Shown one piece after another: positions 1 through 11,213 of a stretch of DNA of 64,000 bases (positions are counted from its first letter, which is position 1; each line of letters opens with the position of its first letter). Source of the DNA: Phaeosaccion multiseriatum (lineage: Eukaryota > Protista > Ochrophyta, other classes); assembly GCA_965112735.1 (NCBI GenBank), contig OZ218957.1:3038001-3102000 (forward strand), given 5' to 3'. Under the pieces are notes generated by a model that saw only the letters and a list, made by a program, of their open reading frames with translations, made no database searches and had not been told where the DNA came from. Position numbers and translations under genes: made by a program.

Positions 1-194
1 GTTTAAGGTGTACTAAACTATGTTTTTTTCTCCCTCTCTTCTTTCTCTCTGGCCTACTGTACTTTTTTTTTATTCCCAAAAAACATTCCTTCATTTTAGA
101 ATGGTAAGGCTAACGATTGTGTAACGGCGAATAGGACGGGAGAGGTGCTCCCCCTCTATGGTCTACACAGTCGCTCTCCCACACATCATCCACA

Positions 195-334
195 TCATCC
201 TGTCTCCCACCCTTGATCCCCCCCCCGCCGACTTGGCGCCGCTGCTACATCACCAGCTGCCGCACGCTGTCGTCGTCGTCGTCCTCCTCCTCCTCCTCCT
301 CCTCCTCCTCCTCCTCCTCCTCCTCCTCCTCCTC

Positions 335-371
<37 letters not shown>

Positions 372-790
372 TCCTCCTCCTGCTGCTGCTCCTCCTCTTC
401 CTCCTCCTCCTCCTCCCCTCCTCTCTCGCAGCACTTCCCTATGCACGAGCCTGTTGGCCGCCTCCACTCGCTCCACTTCCATGCCCAGACTCTCCGGCCT
501 CACCCTTAACCTGACCCTCCTGCTGTGACCCCAACCTGCTGATGTATCACCAACTTGTGCGGCTGCTACTCCTCCACCTCCCGACTCCAGGTAGGCGGAG
601 GTCCCATTCAGCAGCACGTGGCACACGAACGGGTTATCCGCCAGCCTCACGCCGAAGGCCTCTTCAACCGCCGGTGGAAGGCTGGAGAGGACGAAGGTGA
701 GGTCGTCAGCCATCTTACTGACATAGTTTCTATTGCCAAAGAGGAACGCCTGCTGATGCTCCTGCTGCCCCGGCTGCCACTGCCGCCGCC

Positions 791-821
<31 letters not shown>

Positions 822-1783
822 TCGTATGCCTTGTGCTTCTCGCCATTCTGTAACTGCCTCAGTGACCTGCACGCTGATTCTCCGAAAGATGCCGAGGAGG
901 TTGAGCAACTCAGGCATGATGATCTCTGTTTCCGCCTCTCGGGCCTCTGCCTCCCCCTCGAGCTCGGATGCGTTCCCCTTTGAAGCGCACAAACGGATGG
1001 TGGCGATCTGGTAGCACAGAGGGGTGAGGGGATTAATGAAGGGAGAGGAGCATGTTTTCCCAAATGGGTCGGCCAGAGAATGACACCACAGTAGGGGCGG
1101 AAAGTGAGTACCGGAGGTTCCCGCCCCCAACCTATCCCAGCTTGGGTGTCTGGGTGGGTACGAGGCACCGCCTTGAGCTTCAGCAGATTAGTGGTCGGTG
1201 GTTGAGTGGGGGGCGACGTGGGGGGGCGACAAGTTCATTCAATTCCGCTTACCTGTATTTGCTCCAGATAACTCTCCCGGAGCAGAATCCACTTCATCAC
1301 CTGCACTTCGCTTCCCGCTACAGCTGTGCTCCTTACGGCGTTGTCGGTACGCCTTCCTCCCTCTTCCTGCTGCTGCGGCTGCTTCTTATCCTGCTGTTTC
1401 TCTTTCCGCTTGTGCTGCAGCTGCTTCCCCTGCGTCCTCTCGTCTGAGCTGTGCCATTGATCGGCAGCTCCACGCCCGCTACTCTCCCCCCGAGTGGTCC
1501 CTTGCTGCCCATGACCCACACCCACTGGCAGGCTTCGTCTCCTTCTTCGTCGATGCTCTCCCCCCGCTTTCCTCTTGGTCGCGTCTTCCCCTTCGCCCTC
1601 TTTCCCCTCTCCCCGGTGCCCCCTTCGTGGCGGCGGGGACTGTGGCTGCGACTGCTGCGGCACATGCTGCTGCGCGGTCTTCGACTTCTGTCTCTGCGGC
1701 TTCTTTGCTCGGGTGTTGCGCTGCTTCTCGGGAAGAGGAGGGTCGAATGGCGCCGAGACGAAGCGCAGCGCCTCGAACCGCAT
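195..1783 (-). CDS. Uncharacterised protein, 2 exons (1783-1253, 1007-195); the 3' end may splice further out of the window
   Basis: ATG at 1783. The donor CAG|GTAAGC at 1252 and acceptor CAG|ATC at 1008 join two ORFs in frame (1344 nt). Globular-looking segment VMKWILLRESYL...LLGIFRRISVQVTEAVTEWR...FLFGNRNYVSKMADDLTF, flanked by Q- and G/A-rich low-complexity sequence. Confidence 0.65.
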
Positions 1784-2077
1784 TTTACATTTTAACGATT
1801 ACGAGGCACTCGTTACTTTTAGACAGTACAGATGGCACCAGAGGAGATGACCAATTACCAATTACAACCGCGGATCATGGCACAGTAAGATGAAGGTGTG
1901 TGTGAGCAGAGAGGGAGGACTCATATGCATATAACCTTCAGGGCCTTCCTCCCTCTTTTCCCTTGTGCCTTCCCTCTTTCATGCGCTGCCTTTTGCCTGC
2001 TTCTCCGTGCCCCTTCCGCTTGTCACAACGTACTCAAACGTCGCCTTCACTGCTCTCCTCCTCTCTCCAGGACGCCA

Positions 2078-5000
2078 ATGGTTCTGGGAAAACTGCTTGG
2101 GTACCTGGACACGAGCCTCACTGATGTGACAGGGAGGTTCGGAGAAGAAAGCAGTGAGGACGAGAAAGGCGGCGGTACCCCGCGCGGCGATAGTGACTCA
2201 TCTCATCAAGCGGAGGTTGCTGGGGGGCAGGGCAAGCCGCAGCAGCAACAGCAACAAGAGGAGAAGAGCGGGGAGGTGGAGGACAGGGGTGAGGGAAGAG
2301 CGGAGACAGAGGACGATGTGGAGAATTTGCAAGAGCAAGGTCAAAGCAGCGGAGAGGGGGGAGATGAGGAGGGGCGCGTCGAACACGAAGAAGGTGAAGT
2401 CCTTGTTTCCGATGTCATTGAGCAGTACAACGAAGACGAGCAAGTAAGAAAGACCGAACCCAAGAGAGGGGGCACACCTGCCACACCGCAGACACGTCGT
2501 CTCATAGCAGCCACCGGAGCAGCGTCAGCACTGGTACAGGGGGAATGTAGCGAAGGGAGTCAGGCCTCACCTGCTCTTTCCCAGGGGAAATCCTTTGTTG
2601 AGGTGAGCATGGATGACGAAGCGGGAGGGGGTGAAGGAGGAGAGGATGCCGAGGAGGAGGAGGAGGAGGAGGAGGAGGAGGAGGAGGAGGAGGAGGAGGA
2701 GGAGGAGGAGGAGGGGGAGGAGGAGGAGGAGGAGGAAGAAGACACAAGGAGGCAGCTACAGGAGCTGGTGGAGGCAGAGGCAAGGCTACGCAGTCAGAGG
2801 GTAGCCTTAGAAGGGTCGGCCAGAAAGAAGCGGACCAAGGAGAGAAGTGTCGAACAGAGCAGGGCTAGGGCTACTGCTGCAGCGAAGGAAGACGGACAGG
2901 CGGGGCAAGCGGAGAAGGAGGACCTTAGAGGGGGGCGTGGACAAAAGGAGCAGGAAGGGGAAGTACAAGAAAAAGTGGTACATCTTCCAGTTGCTGGAAT
3001 GAATGGGGACAACTCTCCCGTGAGCGCGTCTGCTGCAGCTGAAGAACAAGAGCAAGGAGCCACTGTTGGAAGCGGGGCTGTAAGTGGGGAGAAGAGGGCT
3101 AGCGGAGAAGCCGCCGCGAGGACGAAGCAGCAAAGGGTGGAGAGCAGCTTCGATATTGCTATTGCTGCTGTCCCCTCTCCTGGGAGGGAAGGGCTGGAAG
3201 AGAGCAGAAGAAGCAATGGCGCCAGTGTCGTGGGTGGGAATGATGAGGATGGTGATAATAAGAGCCGAGGCTCACAGCTGGCGAGAGAGAGGCAAGCGTA
3301 TACAAAGGTGGAGAATGGGGCCGCGGAGAGAGCGCGAGTAGCTGGCGACGCGTCATCTCCTCGTCTGGCCCACATGACTGCGGCTGCTGTATCACCAACT
3401 GCTGCTGCCACTGGGGTAGCGTCCACCCGCACGCTCGAAAGCCCCGGAGAAGGAGGAGGAGAGCGCGCAGAGAAGCACCGCCTTGGAAATGGTGATACAG
3501 TGGAGAGCGAAAAGGCGAACGGAGAGGGCAATGGCGTAGGGGATGTGAAATCAGCGTCAGCAAGGGCAGATGAAGGTGGTCCCTCCTCTTCTCCTTGGAC
3601 CAGATCGGCTCGAGGTTCGGGTACCGTGTCGAAAGAGGAGGCCTGGGCGGCAGTGCGTACCATGGCCAAGCAGCAACAGCACGAGCACCAGCAGTTGGTG
3701 ATACAGCAGCAGCTGAAGGCCGCCTCTGCCCAGGGCCAGGGAGTAGCTCGGGCAGTGACAGGGGCAGAGGAAGAAGGGGTAACGACAGGGGCCTCTCCAC
3801 TTCCTTCTCCTTCTCCGCAGACGACAACGACGACGACCCGCAATTCTTCCTTTGGTGATGATGATGGGGGTCAGAACACTCCACAGAATATTTCTCCACG
3901 GAATGTTGCTCCTACTGCTCCTGCGGGGGGGGCTCCTGCGGCTGCTGGTGGGGCTCCTCCTGAGACTCCGCAGAGCAGATGGGGCTTCGGTTTCGGAAAG
4001 ACACCTACGCTTACGAGTACCCCAACAACCACTAGTACGACTAGTACTGCTGCTGCTGCTGCCAATGACAGCACCCCCGCGCCGTCAGCAGCACAGCCAC
4101 CGTCTCGGTTAGGCTCGGGGACGACAGCTTTATTGGATCCGTCTCCGCTCCATGCAGACATCTACGGCCGTCTTCGGAGCGACAGCGAACATAGCCTCGG
4201 CAGCATGAGCATGCGTAGCTGGGGAAGCTCGTCGACCACAATGGGAGGGGGAGGGGGCGGGGGGGGGTCAGGCCACGGGACGGGAGCGTCGGCAGGACCG
4301 CACGCCTTCCACAAAATTCGCAGGAGGCGAAGGCGGCACAACCCGAGGGGGGCCGCCGGAGGAGGAGGGGCCCGAGGGGGAGGGGGTGGAATGCCTCCGC
4401 CCTACCCGGGTGGTGTAGGTGGTGGGGCGGGGGTGGCGGGAGGAGGAGGAGGAGGAGGAGGAGGAGGGGGAGGAGAGGAGGAGGAGGTTGTGCGCGTGTG
4501 TTCAGCCTGCCAGGGTGACTGGGACGACGGGAGCAGCGCCACCGGACGGAGCTCCATGTTCAGATGCGGTGAATGCGGGGCCACCGTTCACGCTGCCTGT
4601 AGGGCCTTCCTTCAGGCCGCAGACAGCGTGTGTCTACGCGATACAGCAGTTGGTGATACAGCAGCACCACCACCGCCGCCTCCGCTGGTGAATCGTGCGG
4701 GCTCTGTGGAGGTGGTTGTACAACAGGCCTTCGATCTTCCTTCGCTGTCTGTGGGCGAGTCGGTGTATCTGGTGCTGAAGCTGCTCCCCTGGAAGGAGAA
4801 GATTCGCACGCCCAATGCGACGTGGGGAGACATGGGTGCTTCGTGGGTTGACGATAGTGCAGCAGCACGCAACAAGACCAGAGCAGGCAAGGGAGCAGCA
4901 GCAGCAGGAGGAGGAGGAGAAGGAGAGGTGGGAGAAGGAGAGCCCCCTCCTCCTCTCCCTGCTGCCGGACTGGTCCGTTCCATGATCCACTTGCACAACA

Positions 5001-8000
5001 GCGAGTCTACCCCACTGCCCACTCTGTACATTGAGGCTAAGAAGTCGTCTCTGGGGGGCTTTAGCGACGAGCGGCTTGGTTGGGCTGAGATCAACATGGC
5101 GCCTCTGCTCCGACGGCCGTGGGTAGCGGCAGAGAGATGGCATCTGCTTTGGCCGGGGAAGCCGACGCACGAAGGCGGTGCTGGTGCTGGTGCTAGTGCT
5201 GCGACCGGACCAAGAGGAGGAGGAGTTGGTGCTAGCTTATCACCAACTGCTGCTGCTGCTGGTTCGAGCGGTGGTAAGTCAGTGGGAATGGTGCTGCTTT
5301 CGTTGGCGTTCCAGCCCACAGGCCACCAGCTGTTGCAAGGCGTGCTTCTTAGCACCAGCAAGGGAGTCCCGGCTCACTCCGAGCACGAGCTCCATCAGCA
5401 CCATCAGCACCACCAGCAACAACAACAACAGCAGCAGCAGCAGCACCACCACCAGCACCAGCACCAGCGAGTAGTGCAAGCAGTGTCTCCTCCTCCCACA
5501 CACGCCCCAACACGTACCTCGCCTTCGCCACGTGCTGAGGCCGTCAAGAGGGGCGGTGGTGATGATGACCATGACCACTCGGAAACAAGGCAGGAAACAA
5601 CGCAGTCAGTCTCTGCTTTGCTGCCCGCAAGCCCCCCCTCCCTTCTCGGCTCTGCACGAGGCGGCGGCGCGTCCTCCTCTCCCTCGGGATGGGAAGAGAC
5701 AGCAGCAACAGCAGCAGCAGGGGGAGGAGGAGGCGGGGGGGGCGGCGGCGGCGGCGGCGGTGGTGGTGGTGATGATGACGAAGAAGAAGGACGGGGCACG
5801 ACACCCCCTCCCAGCAAGGCCGTATCACCTTGGTCGCGCAGCGCGAGAGGAGGAGGGGCGAGCTCCAAAAGCCCTCCTGCTGAGATGCCCATGTCGCCCC
5901 CCTCTCCCGCCACAGGGGGCACCACAGGGAGGCGTAGAGGACGCCACCGACGTGGACGGAGCGGGCAGGGCAGCTCCTCCTCCTCTTCCTCTTCCTTCTC
6001 CTCTGCCTCAGTCACGGCAGCGGAGAGACGAGGAGAAGGTCTTGTTTCTGCTCCCGGTCCTGGTGGTGGTGGTGGTGGTGGTGGTGGTCAGAGCCGCGAG
6101 GAGGACTATAGTTATGGTAGAGAGGTGCACTTGTTCAAGCTGAGCAGCTACACCACGCCCCACTGGTGCGCCGTTTGCGACTCCCTCCTGACCGGATTTT
6201 GGCAGCAAGGCTTCCAATGTGAGGAGTGTGGTATGAATGTGCATCGCGGCTGTCAAGTCAAGGCCAACTTTAGAACCTCTTGTCAGAGCAGCAGCGGTGT
6301 AAGAGGCAGGCATCACAACGGAGACGATGACAGTGAGAACTCTCTCCTCTCTGCGGTCGAGGCGAGGTACCGGAGCCCCCGAGGCGTTGCTGGTGCTGGC
6401 ATGGCGAGCCTGGGCGGCGAGAAGGACAGCACGGGCAGCAGGGGAAAAGGCAAGGGGGGCAGTATGAAGGGCCTCGGGATCGATGTGGGGGTGGGGTTGT
6501 TGCAAGTACGCTTGGGAAGTGGTCATCGCTGCAATGCTGCGTGTGTGCCTCCCAAGCTGGACGGAGGGAGGGGGGGCTTTAGGGTGAATGGGTTCGGAGG
6601 TGGTGGAGGAGGAGGGGGAGGAGGAGGGGATGGGGGGCTCGATAGGCTCGCTGATCGTCACCATTCGCTTACGCGGGGTACGGAGGGGGCGGCAGAGCGA
6701 GACCACTTTTGTCGCTTACGCTGGGTTTGGACGGATACGAGTACGAGCAGTAGTGCTGGTGGGGGTGGTGGTGCGACCGGTAGCGGCGGAGACGGAGGCG
6801 GGGACGGGGGAGGAGGAGGAGGAGGAGGAGGAGGAGGAGGAGGAGGAGGAGGAGGAGGAGGAGGAGGAGGAGGAGGGGGGGGAGGAGGACATGATCGTTC
6901 GCCTGCCGTGTCTCGGAGAGAGAAGGGGCAACAGCAGCAGCATCAGCAGCTCTTCAAGGCCAGGCGAACGCAGACCGTGTTCCAAACAAACAACCCTCTC
7001 TTCGACGTGGCGTGGGTCATGGTGGTGCCTGCCTATGACGCCCGCTTGGTCATTGAGATGTTCGATGCTGCCACCAATCGTGTGGTGGGGGCAGTGGAGA
7101 CGAGTGCTTTCAGCCTCCTCCAAGCAGACTACGATGCTCGAGCTCGGGGCGGCAGGAGGAGCAACAGTAAGGGTTCTGTCCTTCCTCTCCCCAGCGACAC
7201 CCTCCGACCCTTTGCTCTGCGCACCGCGGAGGGAAGGCTGACTGGAGTGCTCAAGATGCAGGTGGGGTTCACAGAGGACGTGTACTCCCTTTTCCGAAGT
7301 ACCAACCCGCGCTCCGTGCCCGGCCGGCAGCCCGACGAGTTCAGTGTGGAGCGACTAAGGGGGTACATTGGCCGAGTGCAGACAATCATCGGCTGGGCAG
7401 GGGCGGCGGCGAGAGACTACAAGGCCATCATGGCGTGGGAGAACCCCCCTTTGACCTCGCTGCTGCTCATTGTCTTCGTCTACGCTACTTGCGTCGCCAA
7501 CGCGGAGTACGTCCTGGCTCTGCTTCCCTTCGTCGTCATCTCTCTCATGACGCTGGGCCTCCTGCGGCGCAACAGCGGGCGCTATGCACAGTATTGGGTA
7601 CGGGGGGGACCCAAGGCCGCCAACAACAACGGATACGACTATGCCTCGCTGGATGGGGTGAGCAGCAGCAGCGGCAGCAGCAGCAGTAGCAGCAGAAGGA
7701 GTATAGGCAACGCAGTGGCTGGTGACAGTAGTGCTGCTGCGAGCCCAGGCGTAGGCGGGGGTGTGGATGCGCTGAGCCCCTCTCCCTCCTCTTCGTCTGA
7801 CCCCATCGCTGCGGCCCAGGCCCTGTCCCGCCCACCGGTGATGGTGTCTTCTTCCAGCAGAGCGGCAGCCGCACATCGCCCATTGGCGCAGCTTAGGGTG
7901 GCGGTGTTGAGGGGGAAGGGCCTCCTGTCCACAGAGCTGGGATTGCCGGTGAGGAAGGGAAGGAGGGAGGGGGAGGGAGGGGAGGGGAGGGAGGGAGGGA

Positions 8001-10342
8001 GGGAGGGAGGAAGAGAGGAAGAGAGGAAGAGAGGAAGAGAGGAAGAAAGAGGGCGAGTGGCGTGAGAGTGCTGGCGCATGTCCATTCCCTCTCCCAGCCG
8101 ACCGATTGCTCTCATCTGTTTTTTTTCATTGTTTTCCTTCTTTTCTCCGCAGGGAAACCCGTATGTAAGACTCACTTTCGCCCCAGAGGGCCCAGAGGGT
8201 GTGGGGGGAGATGTGGAGGGATGGGGGACAGATGGAGCAGCACATGAGAAGAAGGAGGGCAGTGGAAGACCCACTGGTGCTGCTGTATCACCAACGGCGG
8301 CTGCTACTGCTGCTGCTGCTGCTGCTGCACGAGTGACCACTTTGACCACCGAGGCTTACTGGCACGAGAGGGAAAGGGCCAGCAGGAGTCGCCAACTGCT
8401 GAACGAGAACAACGCGCGACAGGGCTATGAGAGCACGCCTCTCTCCGAGCCCTCCATCACCGATGACCCCCATTTCTTCTTCGTAGGCGAGACCGCCCAC
8501 TCGGAAAACAGCACGCCCGACCCCGATTGGACCCGGGTGGGCCTCGGCATTGGAAGGGGAGGGGGTCGCAGCTCCGCGCGAGGTGATGGGTTGTTGCAGA
8601 ATGTGACCGAGTTGTGGCGAGAGAAGAAGGCAGTGGACGGCAGCAGCAGCGGTACCAGCACGGGTATCGAGCATATGGCATTTGTGTATCCCGTGCTGCA
8701 GCCGGTGTTGGGGAAGGGGGGTGCGGTGGTGTCGGGCGTGCCGCCGGGAGGAGGAGGAGGAGGAGGAGGAGGAGGAGGGCGGCCCTGCAAGCTCTTGCCT
8801 TGGCGGCGGTCCAGATCATGTCTCAAGGTCGAGGTACGCTTCGCAAATCGCTTTAACAGTCTCCTCGACACTGTGGAAGGGGTTGCGGTAATTCCGCTCA
8901 GTCTACTGGTGGCGAGGGAAGGAGAGGGGGGAGGGCAAGGGCAAAGGCACGGGGGAGGGGGAGGGAATGGGAGCGGCGGCAGCGGTGACCAGGTGGAGGT
9001 GGAGGGGTGGTTCCCTCTCCTCCACCCCGGGAGAGGAGAGGGGGCGGTGTCGACAGATGTCGCAACAGGAGCGGCACCAGAAGGAGGAGAACGAGGGGGT
9101 GGTGGTGCTGGCGTGGATGGACCTTCAGTCTACTTGAGGCTGCAGCTCAGTCGGGTCACAGATGGCGAAGAAGGGCAAGGACGAGGCAAGCGCAAGGCTC
9201 TCTCTCGGGACGAGGTGGAGGCGAGTCTTGCAGTGCAAGGCATCTTGAGTGAAGGAGGAGGAGGTCCGGAGGGGGCAGACACAATAGGGCATACCAGTCA
9301 CGGTGGTGGCACCGGCGGAGGGGGAGGGGGAGAGGGTGGGATCGAGGCCGAAGGCGGCGACGGAGGAGGAGGAGGAGGAGGAGCAAGGGGAGAGGGCGAT
9401 GATGATTACGCTGCCCTCGACTCCGCTGCAGCGACGGAGGGAAGCAGCAACCCCCTGGCCAAGATGCGCAGCGTGCAGCGCTCTATTAAAGACATTCAAC
9501 TCGTGCTCGGAGGAGTACTTGACATTGTTGAGGCTGTCAAGAACTTGCTCAATTGGAGTCACCCGCCCAAGACGTTGGTGCTCTACGTTGGGCTCCTGTT
9601 GGTGTGGGGGGTGCTACTCATTGTACCGGGCCGTTACATTGTGCTCTGCCTCGGCCTGTGGCAGTTCTCTGCAGCCAAGCTTATTAGCTTCGTGTCAGGA
9701 TCGGGATCGGTCGATGACAGTGGGGGTGCGGGCTCTTCGGCAGTTGGTGGTACAGCGGCGGCAGGAGCAGCAGCTGGTGGTGCAGAGCCTCCCAGCCCCA
9801 TTGGCACCATTCTGCTGAACCTCATCACGTCCATCCCAACGGACAAGGACCTTCATCGCTGCTACAGCTGGCAACAAGAGGAGCACGGCATTTGGGCCGA
9901 GGCAGAGACGCGAGTACGTGTGCAAAGGGCCAAGCTAGCGGCTCTGGGCCTCACATGTCAGTGGGAGGGTCGTGTGCGGCTGCGACCGAGGGTGGACCAG
10001 GCCTGGCAATCCCACTACTTGGTCGTGCAAAGTCGGCGGATGGTGTGGTGGGGCAGCGAGGCGGATTTCCGAGTCGGGGCTCCTGCAGATGGTCAGCTTC
10101 TCCTGCAAGGGCCAGCGGGGGTGGCGAGTCCATCGCCTGTCGAGCTGAGGGAGGTGGGGAGGGAAGTGGGTCGGGATGGGTCTACTCGGGATGGGGCTAC
10201 CCAACTTCAACTACTGCTCGCCGTGTTTGGGCGAAATGTGATGGGGCAGCCTGAAAAGTGGAGCTTCCTTTGTCAGAGCGCTGAGGCGAGAAGGTCGCTG
10301 GAAGGGGTGGTGATGGCAATGACGGAGGAAAAGGAGGATTGA
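2078..10342 (+). CDS. Multi-C2 transmembrane (MCTP-like) protein with two C1 zinc fingers and a C-terminal PH-like domain, about 2686 aa; exons 2078-7948 and 8153-10342
   Basis: Canonical C1 motif HLFKLSSYTTPHWCAVCDSLLTGFWQQGFQCEECGMNVHRGC and a second degenerate C1 (CSACQ...FRCGECGATVHAAC). C2-like strands GSVEVVVQQAFDL, RTQTVFQTNNPLFD and LRVAVLRGKGL..GNPYVRL. Two MCTP/PRT_C-like hydrophobic segments (IMAWENPPLTSLLL; VKNLLNWSHPPKTLVL). PH-like WQSHYLVVQSRRMVWW. Intron GTGAGG (7949) to TTTTCTCCGCAG (8152) restores LP|GNPYV. Confidence 0.85.
2651..2740 (+). repeat. (GAG)n coding microsatellite (poly-Glu)
   Basis: Directly visible. Similar coding triplet runs at about 283-420, 6810-6890 and 15482-15560. 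Confidence 0.95.
3386..3404 (+). repeat. Representative copy of the dispersed motif GCTG-TATCACCAA-CTGCTG
   Basis: Exact 19-mer also at 3689-3707 (rc), 4644-4662 (rc), 14772-14790 and 34572-34590. The 9-bp core occurs at least 11 times. Confidence 0.9.
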
Positions 10343-11011
10343 TATTCTTCTTCTTCTTCTGCTATCTTACTAATTTTTTGTTGCTTTGTTGTGTTTGTTA
10401 TTAGAATCGTAAAATGTTATTTTCTTTACGATCACACACAGCACCATGTACCTACATGCAGAATACAGTAGCAATAGTGTGTCACTTCAGTCAAGTGAGT
10501 TGTGGCTAAGGAGTCAAGTCAGTTGTGCTTTCTCCAGGTTAGCCCTCCCCCTCCCCCTCGTCCGAGCCCCCGTAAATCTGCATCCTCCTCTGTGACCCCA
10601 TCGTATTTACTAACCCAATGGTGACCCCGTATATGTATATATAATGCCCTCACTTGTTGAAAGCGCTTGTGTCTTCCGTCTGGGTGCCCCTTGCGATTCC
10701 TTCCTCCTTCACCACAGCCCCTCCCTTCACTCCCTCCCCTCTATTTACAAGCTACGAATACTCGCCAAGGAGGTGAGTACGCGGGTTGGTGATACGGAAA
10801 AAGGAGGGAGGAGGAGCCTCGCCCCCGCCCATAACGAACACTCCAAGAAGAGAGGCCGCTCCGCTCGCCCGCCCGCCCGTCCGCGCTCTCCCCCTCCGCC
10901 TTCCCCCCCCCTGGCCTGTCTTAAGTCAATAAAGTCCTCTCCTGGCCTGTCTTCGTCCTCTCGAGTTGTCTTCTCTGCCCCTCCCCCCCCTTCTTCTATG
11001 AGTCACGGCCC

Positions 11012-11207
11012 TCACTCACTCACTCACTCACTCACTCACTCACTCACTCACTCACTCACTCACTCACTCACTCACTCACTCACTCACTCACTCACTCACT
11101 CACTCACTCACTCACTCACTCACTCACTCACTCACTCACTCACTCACTCACTCACTCACTCATTCACTCACTCACTCACTCACTCATTCACTCACTCACT
11201 CACTCAC
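11012..11207. repeat. (CACT)n tetranucleotide microsatellite
   Basis: Near-pure array immediately downstream of the LRR gene stop codon. Confidence 0.95.
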
Positions 11208-11213
11208 AGTCTC

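Noticed and set aside
1898-2077. N-terminal extensions in the ORF track (1898 start of the C2 protein; 26844 start of the GST; 38528 start of PYM1)
   Set aside because: Upstream or non-ATG starts running through pyrimidine-rich UTR or promoter sequence. Downstream ATGs fit better.
3390-3398. Resemblance of TATCACC to the phage lambda operator half-site
   Set aside because: No second half-site and no phage context; coincidental.
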